A stretch of DNA of 64,000 bases, from the NCBI GenBank assembly GCA_963769025.1, contig CAVYKI010000009.1, forward strand, positions 832,001-896,000, given 5' to 3'. The number at the start of each line of letters is the position of its first letter. The stretch's first letter is position 1. Position numbers and translations under genes: made by a program. The notes below the pieces were generated by a model. The model made no database searches and was not told the DNA's origin. It saw only the letters and a list, made by a program, of their open reading frames with translations. This stretch comes from an uncultured Verrucomicrobiae bacterium (GTDB lineage: Bacteria; Verrucomicrobiota; Verrucomicrobiia; Chthoniobacterales; Chthoniobacteraceae). Shown one piece after another: positions 39,901 to 50,457 of this stretch.

Positions 39901-40166
39901 TCGACGGCCTCGTTGACGACGTGCGCCTTTCGGACACCGCGCTCCGCGCCGAGGAACTGCTCGTCACGAGCGCCTCCGCGGGCGAGCACACCGTCGGCTA
40001 CTGGAAATTCGAAACCTCGCCGAATCCCTACACCGACAGCTCCGGCCACAACCGCGACATCTCCGTGGCGGCGAACAAGGCGAAGCAAAAGGATCCCCGC
40101 CTCACCGCCCTCGTGGACTTCTGCCACATCCTCCTGAACTCGAACGAATTTCTCTACGTCGACTGA
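36975..40166 (+). CDS. Planctomycete cytochrome c + DUF1549 (PSCyt2) + DUF1553 (PSD1) protein with inserted LamG-like domain
   Basis: CFKCH and CARCHDHKFDP; GERWARHWLD.VRYAES; NPLTARVIVNRVWQ; PSHPELLD; LFDGLVDDVRLS..VGYWKF; LNSNEFLYVD. Confidence 0.93.
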   Translation: MRIIPFAILLTPFASLAAESSGDAFFKEKVQPILTQHCFKCHSHGEKMKGNLVVDSRDGLLTGGDTGPAVVPGDPAKSLLIEAVTYKNTDLQMPPKGEKLSDAQVATLTEWVKLGAPWPEAPGQKMKPRPKGKISDEDRQWWAFKPVAKIEPPPAGKWGVNEIDRFIFAKLEAAKLKPAPPADKTALVRRVYFDLIGLPPTPEEAAAFVADTSPDAYAKLVDKLLASPRHGERWARHWLDLVRYAESDGYRADDYRPNAWRYRDYVIASINADKPYDRFVQEQLAGDELWPDSPEARIATGYLTLGIYEYNNRDAAGQWSNMINDITDTTADVFMGMGVQCARCHDHKFDPILQKDYFRLQAFFAPIRLLQEGEVATKEQRQAYEEKLAAWQAKTADLRAQIDEIEAPVRAHTQKDAVTKFPPETQAIIAKPAAERTPYEQQIVDLAWRQVDYEYSDKRFEARVKEPAKTARNALIAELNKFRAEKPEPLPRAPIATDVGPAASPVVVPKKKALGEIAPGFLTVLDESPAKISPLPHSTGRRTALAHWLTQPENPLTARVIVNRVWQYHFGHGLAVNASDFGTLGEKPSHPELLDWLTRWFTDNGWSLKKLHRLIVTSATFTQSAASPIAAQAKLADPENRLLWHIPTRRLDAEEIRDAILSVTGEIEFPAGGPGLEPERHARTIYSKLRRNNRDAVLEVFDQPEGFSSISQRNVTTTPTQSLLMINSKWTLERAKAFAARLRKENSTEEKEILTDAFRLCYGREPGPAVLDAARKFIEQQAKELGGDTVSSEPPAFISEKMQTREGRAAQLVPGSGQERLAVAHDPAFPRGDFTIEAFINVKSVYPTGAVRTIVSKWDGNKGHPGWSLGVTGAGSRNKPQTLVLQLCGDKPWKPTDPVEPIFSGLHIDIGKPYFVAVAVNLDDATEKGITFYAKDLTNDDEPMQSVQLAHTVTSGIANEVPIVIGGQPTGGGNLFDGLVDDVRLSDTALRAEELLVTSASAGEHTVGYWKFETSPNPYTDSSGHNRDISVAANKAKQKDPRLTALVDFCHILLNSNEFLYVD

Positions 40167-40169
40167 GCC

Positions 40170-41631
<1,462 letters not shown>

Positions 41632-41724
41632 TCCCGCACGACCAGCTCACGCGAGGTGCAGAAACTCACGGCCGATGAGACGAAGAGCGCGGGCCGGCTT
41701 TCCGCTTGGAAAAGCGCAACGGCG

Positions 41725-42660
41725 CTATTTCTTCTTCTCGGGAAACTCCATCCACGGCGTGGCGGCGAAGGCTTTCCACTGCTCCTCGATCTTCGCCGGC
41801 TCGGGCATTCCGCGGTGGATCCAGAGCGCGTAGCGGAGCCGCATGGGCTCGCCTTTTTTCACCGTGAGCGGATGGCCAAAGGTGAGCGAGGCGCCCATCC
41901 ATCCGTCGCCGCGGCAATGGAACGGGACAGGGGAATTCGGATTCTGCGGGTGATCCAGTAACGTGATCCCCTCCACGGCCGTCGGCGTAATCGGGCCGCT
42001 GTAGTCCATCCATCGCGCCGGTTTGCGGAAGCAGGCCACCTCGTCCACTCCGCCCTCGCTGTTGCGGATCGTCCCTCCGCCATCGTGCACGCCGATGGTC
42101 TTCGCCATTCGCACGCCGAGCATTCCGAATGCGCTGTCATCGAGCGGCACATCGGCGGTGCGCGCTTCGAGCTGGAGGTCGAGCAGGAGCAGCCACTCCT
42201 TGCCGGCGAGCGGCTTCACGCTCACGCGGCGGCGGTCGTGGAGCACGGGCTTCCCGTCCTGGTCGAGCCACGCATTTTCCGTCTCGGCAAAAGCGGCATC
42301 GTCCGCGTCCTCGAAGCGCAAGACTTTGACGTGCGCGATGCGCCCGCCGTTGTCCGCCCAGAAATTCACACCGCCGACAAACTGGTGCGAAAACCAGACG
42401 GAGTTGTGATGGCTGTGCGAGACCGGGTCGTGCGGGTGTCCCATGCGCGTGAGCGATCGTCCGCTCGGCCCGATGATGGGGAACACAAACGGCCGCCGCT
42501 GATCCGGGGCGAAGCAGAGGCGCGCAATTTCCTCCCCGTCGCGCTGGAAGGAAACCTCGTCGCGCGGCAGAGGGATGACCTGCATGCGCGGGACAGGCTT
42601 GGGCTCGGCGGCAGAAGCAACGGCGGCGAGTGCGAGGACGAGTGCGGGGAGGAGACGCAT
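41725..42660 (-). CDS. Secreted PmoA-like family (DUF6807-like) protein
   Basis: RPFVFPIIGPSGRSLTR, HSHHNSVW, WMDYSG, DHPQN; signal peptide. Confidence 0.8.
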   Translation of the reverse strand: MRLLPALVLALAAVASAAEPKPVPRMQVIPLPRDEVSFQRDGEEIARLCFAPDQRRPFVFPIIGPSGRSLTRMGHPHDPVSHSHHNSVWFSHQFVGGVNFWADNGGRIAHVKVLRFEDADDAAFAETENAWLDQDGKPVLHDRRRVSVKPLAGKEWLLLLDLQLEARTADVPLDDSAFGMLGVRMAKTIGVHDGGGTIRNSEGGVDEVACFRKPARWMDYSGPITPTAVEGITLLDHPQNPNSPVPFHCRGDGWMGASLTFGHPLTVKKGEPMRLRYALWIHRGMPEPAKIEEQWKAFAATPWMEFPEKKK

Positions 42661-42665
42661 ATGAC

Positions 42666-42756
42666 GTGGGGGGTGGGGAGTGCGAAGTGCGGAGTGTGCG
42701 CTTCCGCCCCCCTGTTCCTCAACTCCGCATTTCCCACTCCTCACTCCGCACTTCCC
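42666..42756. repeat. Inverted pair of heptamer arrays filling the ilvD/PmoA-like intergenic gap
   Basis: GGAGTGC GAAGTGC GGAGTGT versus ACTCCGC ATTTCCC ACTCCTC ACTCCGC ACTTCCC. Confidence 0.8.
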
Positions 42757-44507
42757 TAGTCCGTCACCGCACCCTTGCTCGCGGTGGCGACGGTCTTGGC
42801 GTACTTCGAGAGCACGCCGCGGGTGTAGCGGGCGGCGGGGGCTTTCCACTTGGCGAGGCGTTTTTCAATTTCGGCCTTCGGGAGATCAAGCGTGAGCGTG
42901 CGCTGCTCCGCGTCGATTTTGATGGCGTCGCCGTTCTTCACGATCGCGAGCGGTCCGCCGAGTGCGGCCTCGGGCGTGATGTGGCCGACCACGAAGCCGT
43001 GGCTGCCGCCGCTGAAGCGTCCGTCGGTGATGAGCGCGACGTCGTTGCCGAGTCCGCGGCCCATGACGGCGCTCGTGGGGCTGAGCATCTCGCGCATGCC
43101 TGGCCCTCCGACCGGTCCTTCGAGACGGATGACGATGACGTGGCCCTTTTTCACGGTGCCGTCGAGGACCGCCGTCAGCGCGTCCTGTTCGTTTTCAAAG
43201 ACGATGGCCTTGCCGGTGAAGTGCGTGCCTTCCTTGCCGGAGATTTTCGCGACCGCGCCGCCGGGGGCGAGGTTGCCGTAGAGGACGACGAGGTGGCTGT
43301 CCTTTTTGATCGGGTTCGCGATGGGGCGGATGATCTCCTGGCCCTTCGGATACGCTTTCACGCGCTTGAGGTTTTCCTTCAGCGTCTTGCCGGTGACGGT
43401 CATGCAGCCTCCGTGGAGCAGGCCTTCGTCGAGCATGAGCTTCATGAGCGGGGTCTGGCCGCCGATGGCGACGAGTTCGGACATGAGGAAGCGTCCGCTC
43501 GGCTTGAGGTCCGCGAGCACGGGGATCTTTTTGCCGATCTTCGTGAAGTCATCGAGTTCGAGCTTCACATTGGCGGAATGCGCCATCGCGAGAAGATGGA
43601 GCACGGCATTGGTCGAGCCGCCGAGGGCGATGACGATGGCGATGGCGTTCTCGAATGACTCGCGGGAAAGGATGTCGCTCGGGCGGATGCCGCGTTTGAT
43701 CAACTCGACCACTGCTACGCCGGCGGCCCGCGCGTCGGCGGCCTTTTCCTTCGACACGGCGTTTTGTGCGGAGCTGTTCGGGAGCGACATGCCCAGCGCC
43801 TCGATGGCGCTGGCCATCGTATTGGCGGTGTACATTCCGCCGCACGAGCCGGCGCCGGGGATGGCGTGTTCTTCAATCAGCGCGAGTTCGCGTTCGTCGA
43901 GCGCGCCAGCGGCGTGTTTGCCCACGGCCTCGAAGCACGAGACGATGTCGAGCGGCTTGTCTGCGAGAAGCGCGGCGCGCTCCTTGTTCAGGCGGCGCTC
44001 GGCGAGGATGCCGGTGATGCAGCCTGGCAGAATGGTGCCGCCGTACACGAACACCGCGGGGCGATCCAGGCGCGCCATCGCGATGAGGCAGCCGGGCATG
44101 TTCTTGTCGCACCCGCCGATGGCCACGAGGCCGTCGAACTGCTGGCAGGCCATTACCGTCTCGATGCTGTCCGCGATGACTTCGCGCGAAACGAGCGAGT
44201 ATTTCATCCCCTCGGTGCCCATGCTGATGCCGTCGGAGATGGTGATCGTGCCGAAGATGATCCCCTTCCCGCCCACGGAATTCACGCCGGCTTCGGCCTG
44301 CCGCGCGAGGCCGTCGATGTGCATGTTGCAAGGCGTGACCATGCTCCAGGTACTGGCGATGCCGACCTGTGACTTTTTGAAGTCCTCCCGAGCAAAACCA
44401 ACGGCATGCAGCATGGCGCGGCTCGCCGAGCGTTCGGGCCCATCCACGACTTGTCGTGACCAACGGCGGTGAAGTGACCCGGGATGTTTTGAAGGCTCTC
44501 TGCTCAT
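42756..44507 (-). CDS. ilvD: Dihydroxy-acid dehydratase
   Basis: TPCNMH, SDGISMG, GGCDKNMPG, CGGMYTANTM, GGSTN, GGPGMREM, TDGRFSGG. Confidence 0.97.
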   Translation of the reverse strand: MSREPSKHPGSLHRRWSRQVVDGPERSASRAMLHAVGFAREDFKKSQVGIASTWSMVTPCNMHIDGLARQAEAGVNSVGGKGIIFGTITISDGISMGTEGMKYSLVSREVIADSIETVMACQQFDGLVAIGGCDKNMPGCLIAMARLDRPAVFVYGGTILPGCITGILAERRLNKERAALLADKPLDIVSCFEAVGKHAAGALDERELALIEEHAIPGAGSCGGMYTANTMASAIEALGMSLPNSSAQNAVSKEKAADARAAGVAVVELIKRGIRPSDILSRESFENAIAIVIALGGSTNAVLHLLAMAHSANVKLELDDFTKIGKKIPVLADLKPSGRFLMSELVAIGGQTPLMKLMLDEGLLHGGCMTVTGKTLKENLKRVKAYPKGQEIIRPIANPIKKDSHLVVLYGNLAPGGAVAKISGKEGTHFTGKAIVFENEQDALTAVLDGTVKKGHVIVIRLEGPVGGPGMREMLSPTSAVMGRGLGNDVALITDGRFSGGSHGFVVGHITPEAALGGPLAIVKNGDAIKIDAEQRTLTLDLPKAEIEKRLAKWKAPAARYTRGVLSKYAKTVATASKGAVTD

Positions 44508-44525
44508 ATTTTGAAAAGGGCGCGC

Positions 44526-44554
44526 ACCCTAGCGACCTGCATCGCAGATGGCAA
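44526..44554 (-). promoter_or_regulatory. Sigma70-like promoter for ilvD
   Basis: Minus strand TTGCCA-N17-TAGGGT, 18 nt upstream of the ATG. Confidence 0.5.
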
Positions 44555-44679
44555 GGACGTCGGACGGAGCGGACGCCGGACGGCGGTTTGCGGGCAGAAA
44601 TCCGCCGCGCCGCCGCTGGCAGAGGGGGGAATTTCGCTTTTCTCCCCGGGCGTGCTCTGTTTCATTCGTCCCCCTTTCT

Positions 44680-45984
44680 ATGCCAGCCAATCGAATCGCC
44701 ACCGCCGTAATTTCAATCCTGTCCGGCCTGTGTGTGCTGCTTCAGGCGGACACGATCGTTTTGAAGTCCGGGGAGAAACTGGAGGGGAAAATCCTCAGTG
44801 AGACCGATGCGGAGGTCACCATGAGCGTGCAGGTTTCGGCGACGATCAAGGACGAGCGCGTGGTGAAACGGGATGAAATCGACAAGGTGCTGAAAGTGCA
44901 GCCGGAGGAGGAGGCGTGGGTGGCACTGGGAAATCTGGTGCCCGGCAGCGACTCGCTCGAACGGGATGACTACGACCGGGTGAAAACGGCGCTGCAATAT
45001 TTCATCACGGCCTTTCCCAAGAGCGGCTACGTCGCGGTGGCAAAGGAAAGGCTCGACCAATTCACGGCGGAGCAGGCGCGCGTGAACAAGGGCGAGGTGA
45101 AAATGGACAACGAGTGGCTCCCGAAGGAGAAGGTGCAGGAGGAACGCATCCAGGTCGGGGGCCACATCCTTCTGAACCGGATGAAGCGGGCCGTGGCCGC
45201 AGGCCAACTCACGGACGGCATGGCAATCTTTGACCAGTTGGAAAAGGGCTTTGTCGGATCCGCGAGCTACCCGGAGGCGGTGGAACTGGGCCGCCGGGTG
45301 CTGCCCTCGTTGAAGGCAGCGGTGGAGCAAAGACAGGCTTACTTGAAACGGCGGATCGCGGACGAGAAACAGCGGCTCACGACATCGACGGGCTCGGAAC
45401 GCGATCAGCTCGCGGCATTGATCAAAAAGGAGACCGCCACGACCGACGCGACGATCGCAGCGACCGAGAAGGCGGGGATCAAATGGCTCCCGCTGCATCC
45501 GGCGAACGAGCGCAGCCTTGCGTCGCTGGCGTCGCGCGTCACGTCGGAAACGGCACGACTGAACAACCTTCGCACCGACAAGATGCAGGAATCCGTCGCC
45601 GCATCGGAAACCGCCGAGAAGGCGCTGGCCGTCGGCAGACTCGACGAGGCGGAGGCGGCGTTGAAGGAGGCCCTTTCCGCGTGGCCCGCAAATGAACTGG
45701 CCAAACGGCTCCAGATAAAGCTCACCGATGCGAAAAAGGCGGCGGCCGGATCCAAGAGCCCCACTCCGCCACCGACGCCGACGCCAAAGCCGAAAAAGCC
45801 GTCGTCGGCATCCTCGGCACCTTCCGAGCCCGCCCCGGTCCAGTCCGAGGAGCCGCAGGAGTCGCCATTCTATAAACGCCCGTTCTTTTTCATCGCGCTC
45901 GCGGTGGTCATCGCGTTCGGCGCGATCGCCGGAAAGATGCTCGCGAAGTCGCGCGCCGGCTCGAACGACGTGATCGACAAGTAG
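44680..45984 (+). CDS. PTPDL-family-like verrucomicrobial protein with C-terminal membrane anchor
   Basis: ADTIVLKSGEKLEGKIL..VQVSATIKDER..LVPGSDSL; helical body; Pro/Ser/Thr linker; hydrophobic C-terminal segment. Confidence 0.68.
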   Translation: MPANRIATAVISILSGLCVLLQADTIVLKSGEKLEGKILSETDAEVTMSVQVSATIKDERVVKRDEIDKVLKVQPEEEAWVALGNLVPGSDSLERDDYDRVKTALQYFITAFPKSGYVAVAKERLDQFTAEQARVNKGEVKMDNEWLPKEKVQEERIQVGGHILLNRMKRAVAAGQLTDGMAIFDQLEKGFVGSASYPEAVELGRRVLPSLKAAVEQRQAYLKRRIADEKQRLTTSTGSERDQLAALIKKETATTDATIAATEKAGIKWLPLHPANERSLASLASRVTSETARLNNLRTDKMQESVAASETAEKALAVGRLDEAEAALKEALSAWPANELAKRLQIKLTDAKKAAAGSKSPTPPPTPTPKPKKPSSASSAPSEPAPVQSEEPQESPFYKRPFFFIALAVVIAFGAIAGKMLAKSRAGSNDVIDK

Positions 45985-46024
45985 CCACCCGCGCCCGACA
46001 CCGGACACCACCGAACGACTCATC

Positions 46025-46612
46025 ATGCCCCGCTCCGCTCAGATCCACCGCAAGACCGGCGAGACCGAAATCAGCATCGGCCTCACCATCGAAGGCCGCG
46101 GCACTTCGACCATCGCGACGAAGATTCCCTTCTTCGATCATATGCTCACGCTTTTTGCCCGGCATAGCCTCATGGATCTGGATGTGAAGGCCGACGGCGA
46201 CATCGAGGTGGACCTTCACCACACCGTCGAGGACACGGGTATCGCGCTCGGCCAGGCATTCGCAAAGGCGCTCGGCGACAAGTCGGGCGTCCGCCGTTAC
46301 GGCTTCGCCTACCTTCCGATGGACGAGACGCTCGCCCGAGTCGTCGTGGATTTCAGCGGCCGGCCCTTCCTCGAATACCGCGCGCCGCAGGGCGTCGCGA
46401 GCATCGGCGGCTTTGCATTCCAGCTCGTCGAGGAATTCCTGCGCGCGTTCAGCGTCCATGCCGGCTGCAATCTGCATGCGGAAATCCTCTACGGCCGCGA
46501 CGCGCACCACATGGCCGAGGCGATCTTCAAGGGCCTCGCCAAGGCCGTGGACGCCGCGTGCCAGATCGACCCGCGCGTGACCGGCATCCCGAGCACCAAG
46601 GGAATGCTGTGA
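46025..46612 (+). CDS. hisB: Imidazoleglycerol-phosphate dehydratase
   Basis: FFDHML, DLHHTVED, PMDE, DAHHMAEA.FK, PSTKG. Confidence 0.97.
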   Translation: MPRSAQIHRKTGETEISIGLTIEGRGTSTIATKIPFFDHMLTLFARHSLMDLDVKADGDIEVDLHHTVEDTGIALGQAFAKALGDKSGVRRYGFAYLPMDETLARVVVDFSGRPFLEYRAPQGVASIGGFAFQLVEEFLRAFSVHAGCNLHAEILYGRDAHHMAEAIFKGLAKAVDAACQIDPRVTGIPSTKGML

Positions 46613-47220
46613 GCCGCGACATGGTCGCCCTCATCGACTACGGCTCCGGCAATGTCCGCAGTGTTTTCAATGCGCTGAAATCGCTCGGCGCCGATGTGCT
46701 GCTCACCGCCGACCCGGCCGAGATCGCTCGCGCGAAACGCGTCGTGCTGCCGGGCGTGGGCGCGTTCGGCGACTGCGTGAGCGGGCTGAAGGAGCGAGGC
46801 TTGTGGGATGGGATGCATGCCGCGCTGCAGGACGGCAGGCCGTTCCTCGGCATCTGCGTCGGCTATCAGATGCTTTTCGAGGAGAGCGAGGAAAGCCCCG
46901 GCATTCGCGGCTTCGGATTTTTCCCGGGTCGCGTGAAGCGCTTCACCACGCCGGGGCTGAAGGTGCCGCAGATCGGGTGGAACTCGCTCGATCTCGTCCC
47001 GCACGCGCTGTGGTCGGGGCTGCCATCGAATCCCTACGTGTATTTCGTCCACAGCTATTTCCCGGCGAGCGGCGACGAATCCACCGTGATCGCGCGCAGC
47101 ACGTACGGCGAGACATTCGCGGCCGCGGCAGCACGCGGAAATGTGGCCGGCGTGCAATTCCATCCGGAAAAAAGCCAGGCTGTCGGCCTTGGGATTCTGC
47201 GGAATTTTCTCACGGCGTGA
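46609..47220 (+). CDS. hisH: Imidazole glycerol phosphate synthase glutaminase subunit
   Basis: IDYGSGN, LPGVGAF, GICVG, YFVHSY, QFHPEKS; GTGA overlap with hisB. Confidence 0.96.
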   Translation: MSRDMVALIDYGSGNVRSVFNALKSLGADVLLTADPAEIARAKRVVLPGVGAFGDCVSGLKERGLWDGMHAALQDGRPFLGICVGYQMLFEESEESPGIRGFGFFPGRVKRFTTPGLKVPQIGWNSLDLVPHALWSGLPSNPYVYFVHSYFPASGDESTVIARSTYGETFAAAAARGNVAGVQFHPEKSQAVGLGILRNFLTA

Positions 47221-47250
47221 GCCGCCGGGGGCGCGGGGAGAACACTCCGC

Positions 47251-47280
47251 TTGCGGTTGGCGGCGCGCCGCGCGTAGCGT
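47251..47280 (+). promoter_or_regulatory. Candidate leaderless promoter for the FKBP gene
   Basis: TTGCGG-N18-TAGCGT, 6 nt before ATG 47287. Confidence 0.5.
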
Positions 47281-47286
47281 CCGCAC

Positions 47287-47751
47287 ATGAAACGCATCCT
47301 CCTCGCCGCTCTCGCATTCAGCGTTACCCTTTTCTGGTTCGCGTCCGGCGTGCGCGCTCAGATCGGCAGGGAAAAGGGCGAGGCATTTCTTGAGGAGAAC
47401 GGCAAAAAGGAAGGCGTAAAGACACTGCCGAGCGGGCTGCAATATCGCGTGCTGAAGGAGGGCGACGGGAAGCATCCGAAAAAGCCCGACCAGGTCGTGG
47501 TGCAATATAAGGGCATGCTCATCGACGGGACGGAATTCGACAGCAGCTACAAGCGCGGCGAGCCCGCGAAGTTTGGCGTGTCACAGGTGATCAAAGGCTG
47601 GACCGAGGCGCTCCAGCTCATGAAGGAAGGCTCGAAGTGGATCATCTACGTTCCGTGGCAGCTCGCCTACGGCGACAAAGGCACGGGCAAATTGATCGGG
47701 CCGCACGAGACGCTCATTTTCGAGGTGGACCTGATCGCCGTGATGCCGTGA
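47287..47751 (+). CDS. FKBP-type peptidyl-prolyl isomerase (FkpA/Mip-like)
   Basis: [32 protein letters not shown]. Confidence 0.95.
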   Translation: MKRILLAALAFSVTLFWFASGVRAQIGREKGEAFLEENGKKEGVKTLPSGLQYRVLKEGDGKHPKKPDQVVVQYKGMLIDGTEFDSSYKRGEPAKFGVSQVIKGWTEALQLMKEGSKWIIYVPWQLAYGDKGTGKLIGPHETLIFEVDLIAVMP

Positions 47752-47767
47752 TGAGGCAAGGCCCCGC

Positions 47768-48979
47768 CTACAGCGCGTCGCGGAGAATCTGAAAGACGTC
47801 CGTGTTGTCGAGATAGCCCTGCAGCCTTTGCGCGCCGAGCCCGGCTCCGAGCGCCAGCACATCCTCGGCGGTATTCACGCCGCCCGCCGCTTCGCGGGCC
47901 ACGGGTTCAGTCGCCTTTTCGATTTTCGGGCCGGTCGCCCAGGTGATGTAGGGATTCCCATCCGGCGTCGGACCGAGCAGTGCGAGTCCCTTGTCCTGCC
48001 GGAGCGGAAAGCCGCTGAGCGCGAAGCCTCCGATGCTCGTCCGCCCGACGGCGAGGACCAGCGATTTCTCGCCGGCGTATTTCATCGCGGTGCTGATGGC
48101 GTGATCCAGTTCCAGCATCTCGCGCATCAGGTGTTCGCCTTCGTTCAGCACGCACGCCTGGGAGACCAGCGACTCATCCACGACCAGCACGTAGCCATGC
48201 CGGTTTGTCTCGAGGCTCTCCACGGCGCGGCGGACGAGATCAGCGAGCGAAGGCTGCACCAGCGCGAGTTCACGCTGCTTCGCAAAATCCAACGAGCGCG
48301 GAGCAAACAGGCCGAGCAGCGTGCCCTCACGGTACGGCGATGCCCCCTCGAGTTCCACGCGTGAGCGGATGACTTCCCATCCCGGCGCCTTCAGGCCTGC
48401 GAGCAGATCCTTCCCATCCTTACGACGCCCGCCCGCCGTTGCGGGGAGGAAATCCTCGCTGCCGCCGCCGAGCAGCACCTGAAATTTCGGCGCGGCAAGC
48501 AATGCAGGCGCGAGCGCCTGCCCGTCCTCGGCATTCGTCGTGTGCGCGTAGAACGCTGCGGCCGATGCCGCGGTGAGGCTGCCATTCGTCACGAGCCCGA
48601 CGGCCCGGCCTTCCTTGCGCGCGAGTTCGAGAATGGACGTGATCGATCCTCCGCGTTCATCCACGCCCACCGTGTGATGCTTCGCCTTCCGGCCCGTCGC
48701 CAACGCGCTCGACATCGACGCCGCGTCGGGGACGGAAAACTGCGCCGCGTCGTTCCGCACGAGCGCGGAATTCGGCAGGAGCCGCTCGATTTCGAGACGG
48801 TGTTCCGCGCCGCCCGCAAAAAGCCGCGCCGCCGTGATGTGCCGCGCGACCATGCCGTCGCTCACGAAAATGATGATCCCAAACGGACGCTGCACGACCC
48901 AGAACCGCACGTACAGGACCCCAATCCCGAGGAAGCCGAGGAGGATCGCAAACGCGAGAAAGATGTTCCGGAGCCGCAT
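47768..48979 (-). CDS. Alkaline phosphatase (PhoA)-fold membrane-anchored protein with degenerate active site
   Basis: IIIFVSDGM, SALATGRK, AAFYAH, VLLGGG, LLGLF, QPSLADL, TAEDV, DNTDVF. Confidence 0.85.
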   Translation of the reverse strand: MRLRNIFLAFAILLGFLGIGVLYVRFWVVQRPFGIIIFVSDGMVARHITAARLFAGGAEHRLEIERLLPNSALVRNDAAQFSVPDAASMSSALATGRKAKHHTVGVDERGGSITSILELARKEGRAVGLVTNGSLTAASAAAFYAHTTNAEDGQALAPALLAAPKFQVLLGGGSEDFLPATAGGRRKDGKDLLAGLKAPGWEVIRSRVELEGASPYREGTLLGLFAPRSLDFAKQRELALVQPSLADLVRRAVESLETNRHGYVLVVDESLVSQACVLNEGEHLMREMLELDHAISTAMKYAGEKSLVLAVGRTSIGGFALSGFPLRQDKGLALLGPTPDGNPYITWATGPKIEKATEPVAREAAGGVNTAEDVLALGAGLGAQRLQGYLDNTDVFQILRDAL

Positions 48980-49095
48980 GTGGCGCGGATTCAACGCCGC
49001 ACACGCGCCTTGGCAATGAGAGAATTCATCAGCTTCGCGCGAGGCGCCGGCTTTTGGTGCTTGGAGTGCGCGCAGCCCGGCTGTTGTCTCCCGCG

Positions 49096-50436
49096 ATGCA
49101 AGAGCCGGCAGCAAAGGCCCCGTTCCACCGCGACGCGACAAAGGCAGTCGCGCTGCTGCTGACGATCAACCTCTTCAACTACATCGACCGCTACATCCTC
49201 GCTGCGGTGGTGCCGTCGCTGAAGGCGGAGTTTCACCTCAGCGACGACCGCGCGGGCCTCCTCGCCACCGCATTCCTCTACGCCTACATGTTCGGCGCCC
49301 CCATCCTCGGACGGATCGCCGAGCGATTCTCCCGATGGTGGATCGTCGCAGGCAGCGTCGCGGTGTGGAGTCTCGCAAGCGGGTGGACCGGGCTTGCCGC
49401 CAGTTTTGGCGTGCTGCTTGCGAGCCGCGTGGTCGTCGGCATCGGCGAGGCCGGCTACGGGCCGGCGGCACCGGCGCTCCTCTCGGATTATTTTCCCATC
49501 GAGCGTCGCGGAAGGATGATGGCCCTCTTCTACGTCGCCATCCCCGTCGGCAGCGCGTTCGGCTACGTCATCGGCGGGCAGGTCAATGAATGGCTCGGCT
49601 GGCGCTGGGCCTTCTTCCTCGTCGTTCCGCCGGGTCTTCTCCTCGCGGTGCTGTCCTTGCGAATGCGCGAACCGCACCCGCACCGGCCCCGCGTCATCAG
49701 CAAGGGCACACTCCGCGCCGATGCCCGCACGCTGCTCCGCATCCCTTCCTATCTGCTGAACACCGCCGCCATGACCGCCATGACCTTTGCCATCGGCGGC
49801 ATCTCGTTCTGGATCCCCACGTACATGGCGCAGCGCCTCGCCGAGCAGCGGGGCCTCCCGGCGCTCAGCGCCCTCGGCGACATCGGCACGCTCAGCCAGT
49901 TCAACAAAATCCTCGCCCAGGTGAATACCACCTTCGGCCTCATCGTCGTCATCGCCGGCATCATCTCCACGCTCGCCGGAAGTTGGGTTGGCGACAAGCT
50001 CCGCCCGCGCTACAGCGGCGCATACTTCACCGTATCCGGCATCGCCATCCTCCTCGCGTTTCCCTGCACGCTCGCGATGCTGAAGCTCCCCTTCCCCTAC
50101 GCGTGGTATGCCGTCTTCGGCGCGGTCTTCTTCCTCTTCTTCAACACAGGTCCCGCAAATACCGCGCTCGCCAACGTCACCTCCCCGGCCATGCGCGCCA
50201 CGGCATTTGCGATCAATATCTTCCTCATCCACGCCTTCGGCGACGCGCTCTCCCCGCCGCTCATCGGCTGGGTGAAAACCCACACAAACTGGGACACCGC
50301 GTTCGCCCTCGTATCGCTGATGATGCTGCTCGCGAGCGCGCTCTGGTTCATCGCCGCACGCTATCTCGGCAGGGACACGGCAGCGGTCGAGCAGATCGAA
50401 GCCGCACGCGACGCGGAGGAGGCGAAGGGGATCTGA
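49096..50436 (+). CDS. MFS transporter, Spinster-like
   Basis: INLFNYIDRY, GIGEAGY, LSDYFP..RRG, IPVGSAFGY, IHAFGDALSP. Confidence 0.9.
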   Translation: MQEPAAKAPFHRDATKAVALLLTINLFNYIDRYILAAVVPSLKAEFHLSDDRAGLLATAFLYAYMFGAPILGRIAERFSRWWIVAGSVAVWSLASGWTGLAASFGVLLASRVVVGIGEAGYGPAAPALLSDYFPIERRGRMMALFYVAIPVGSAFGYVIGGQVNEWLGWRWAFFLVVPPGLLLAVLSLRMREPHPHRPRVISKGTLRADARTLLRIPSYLLNTAAMTAMTFAIGGISFWIPTYMAQRLAEQRGLPALSALGDIGTLSQFNKILAQVNTTFGLIVVIAGIISTLAGSWVGDKLRPRYSGAYFTVSGIAILLAFPCTLAMLKLPFPYAWYAVFGAVFFLFFNTGPANTALANVTSPAMRATAFAINIFLIHAFGDALSPPLIGWVKTHTNWDTAFALVSLMMLLASALWFIAARYLGRDTAAVEQIEAARDAEEAKGI

Positions 50437-50457
50437 CGCAGCGGACCTCGCGGCGCT

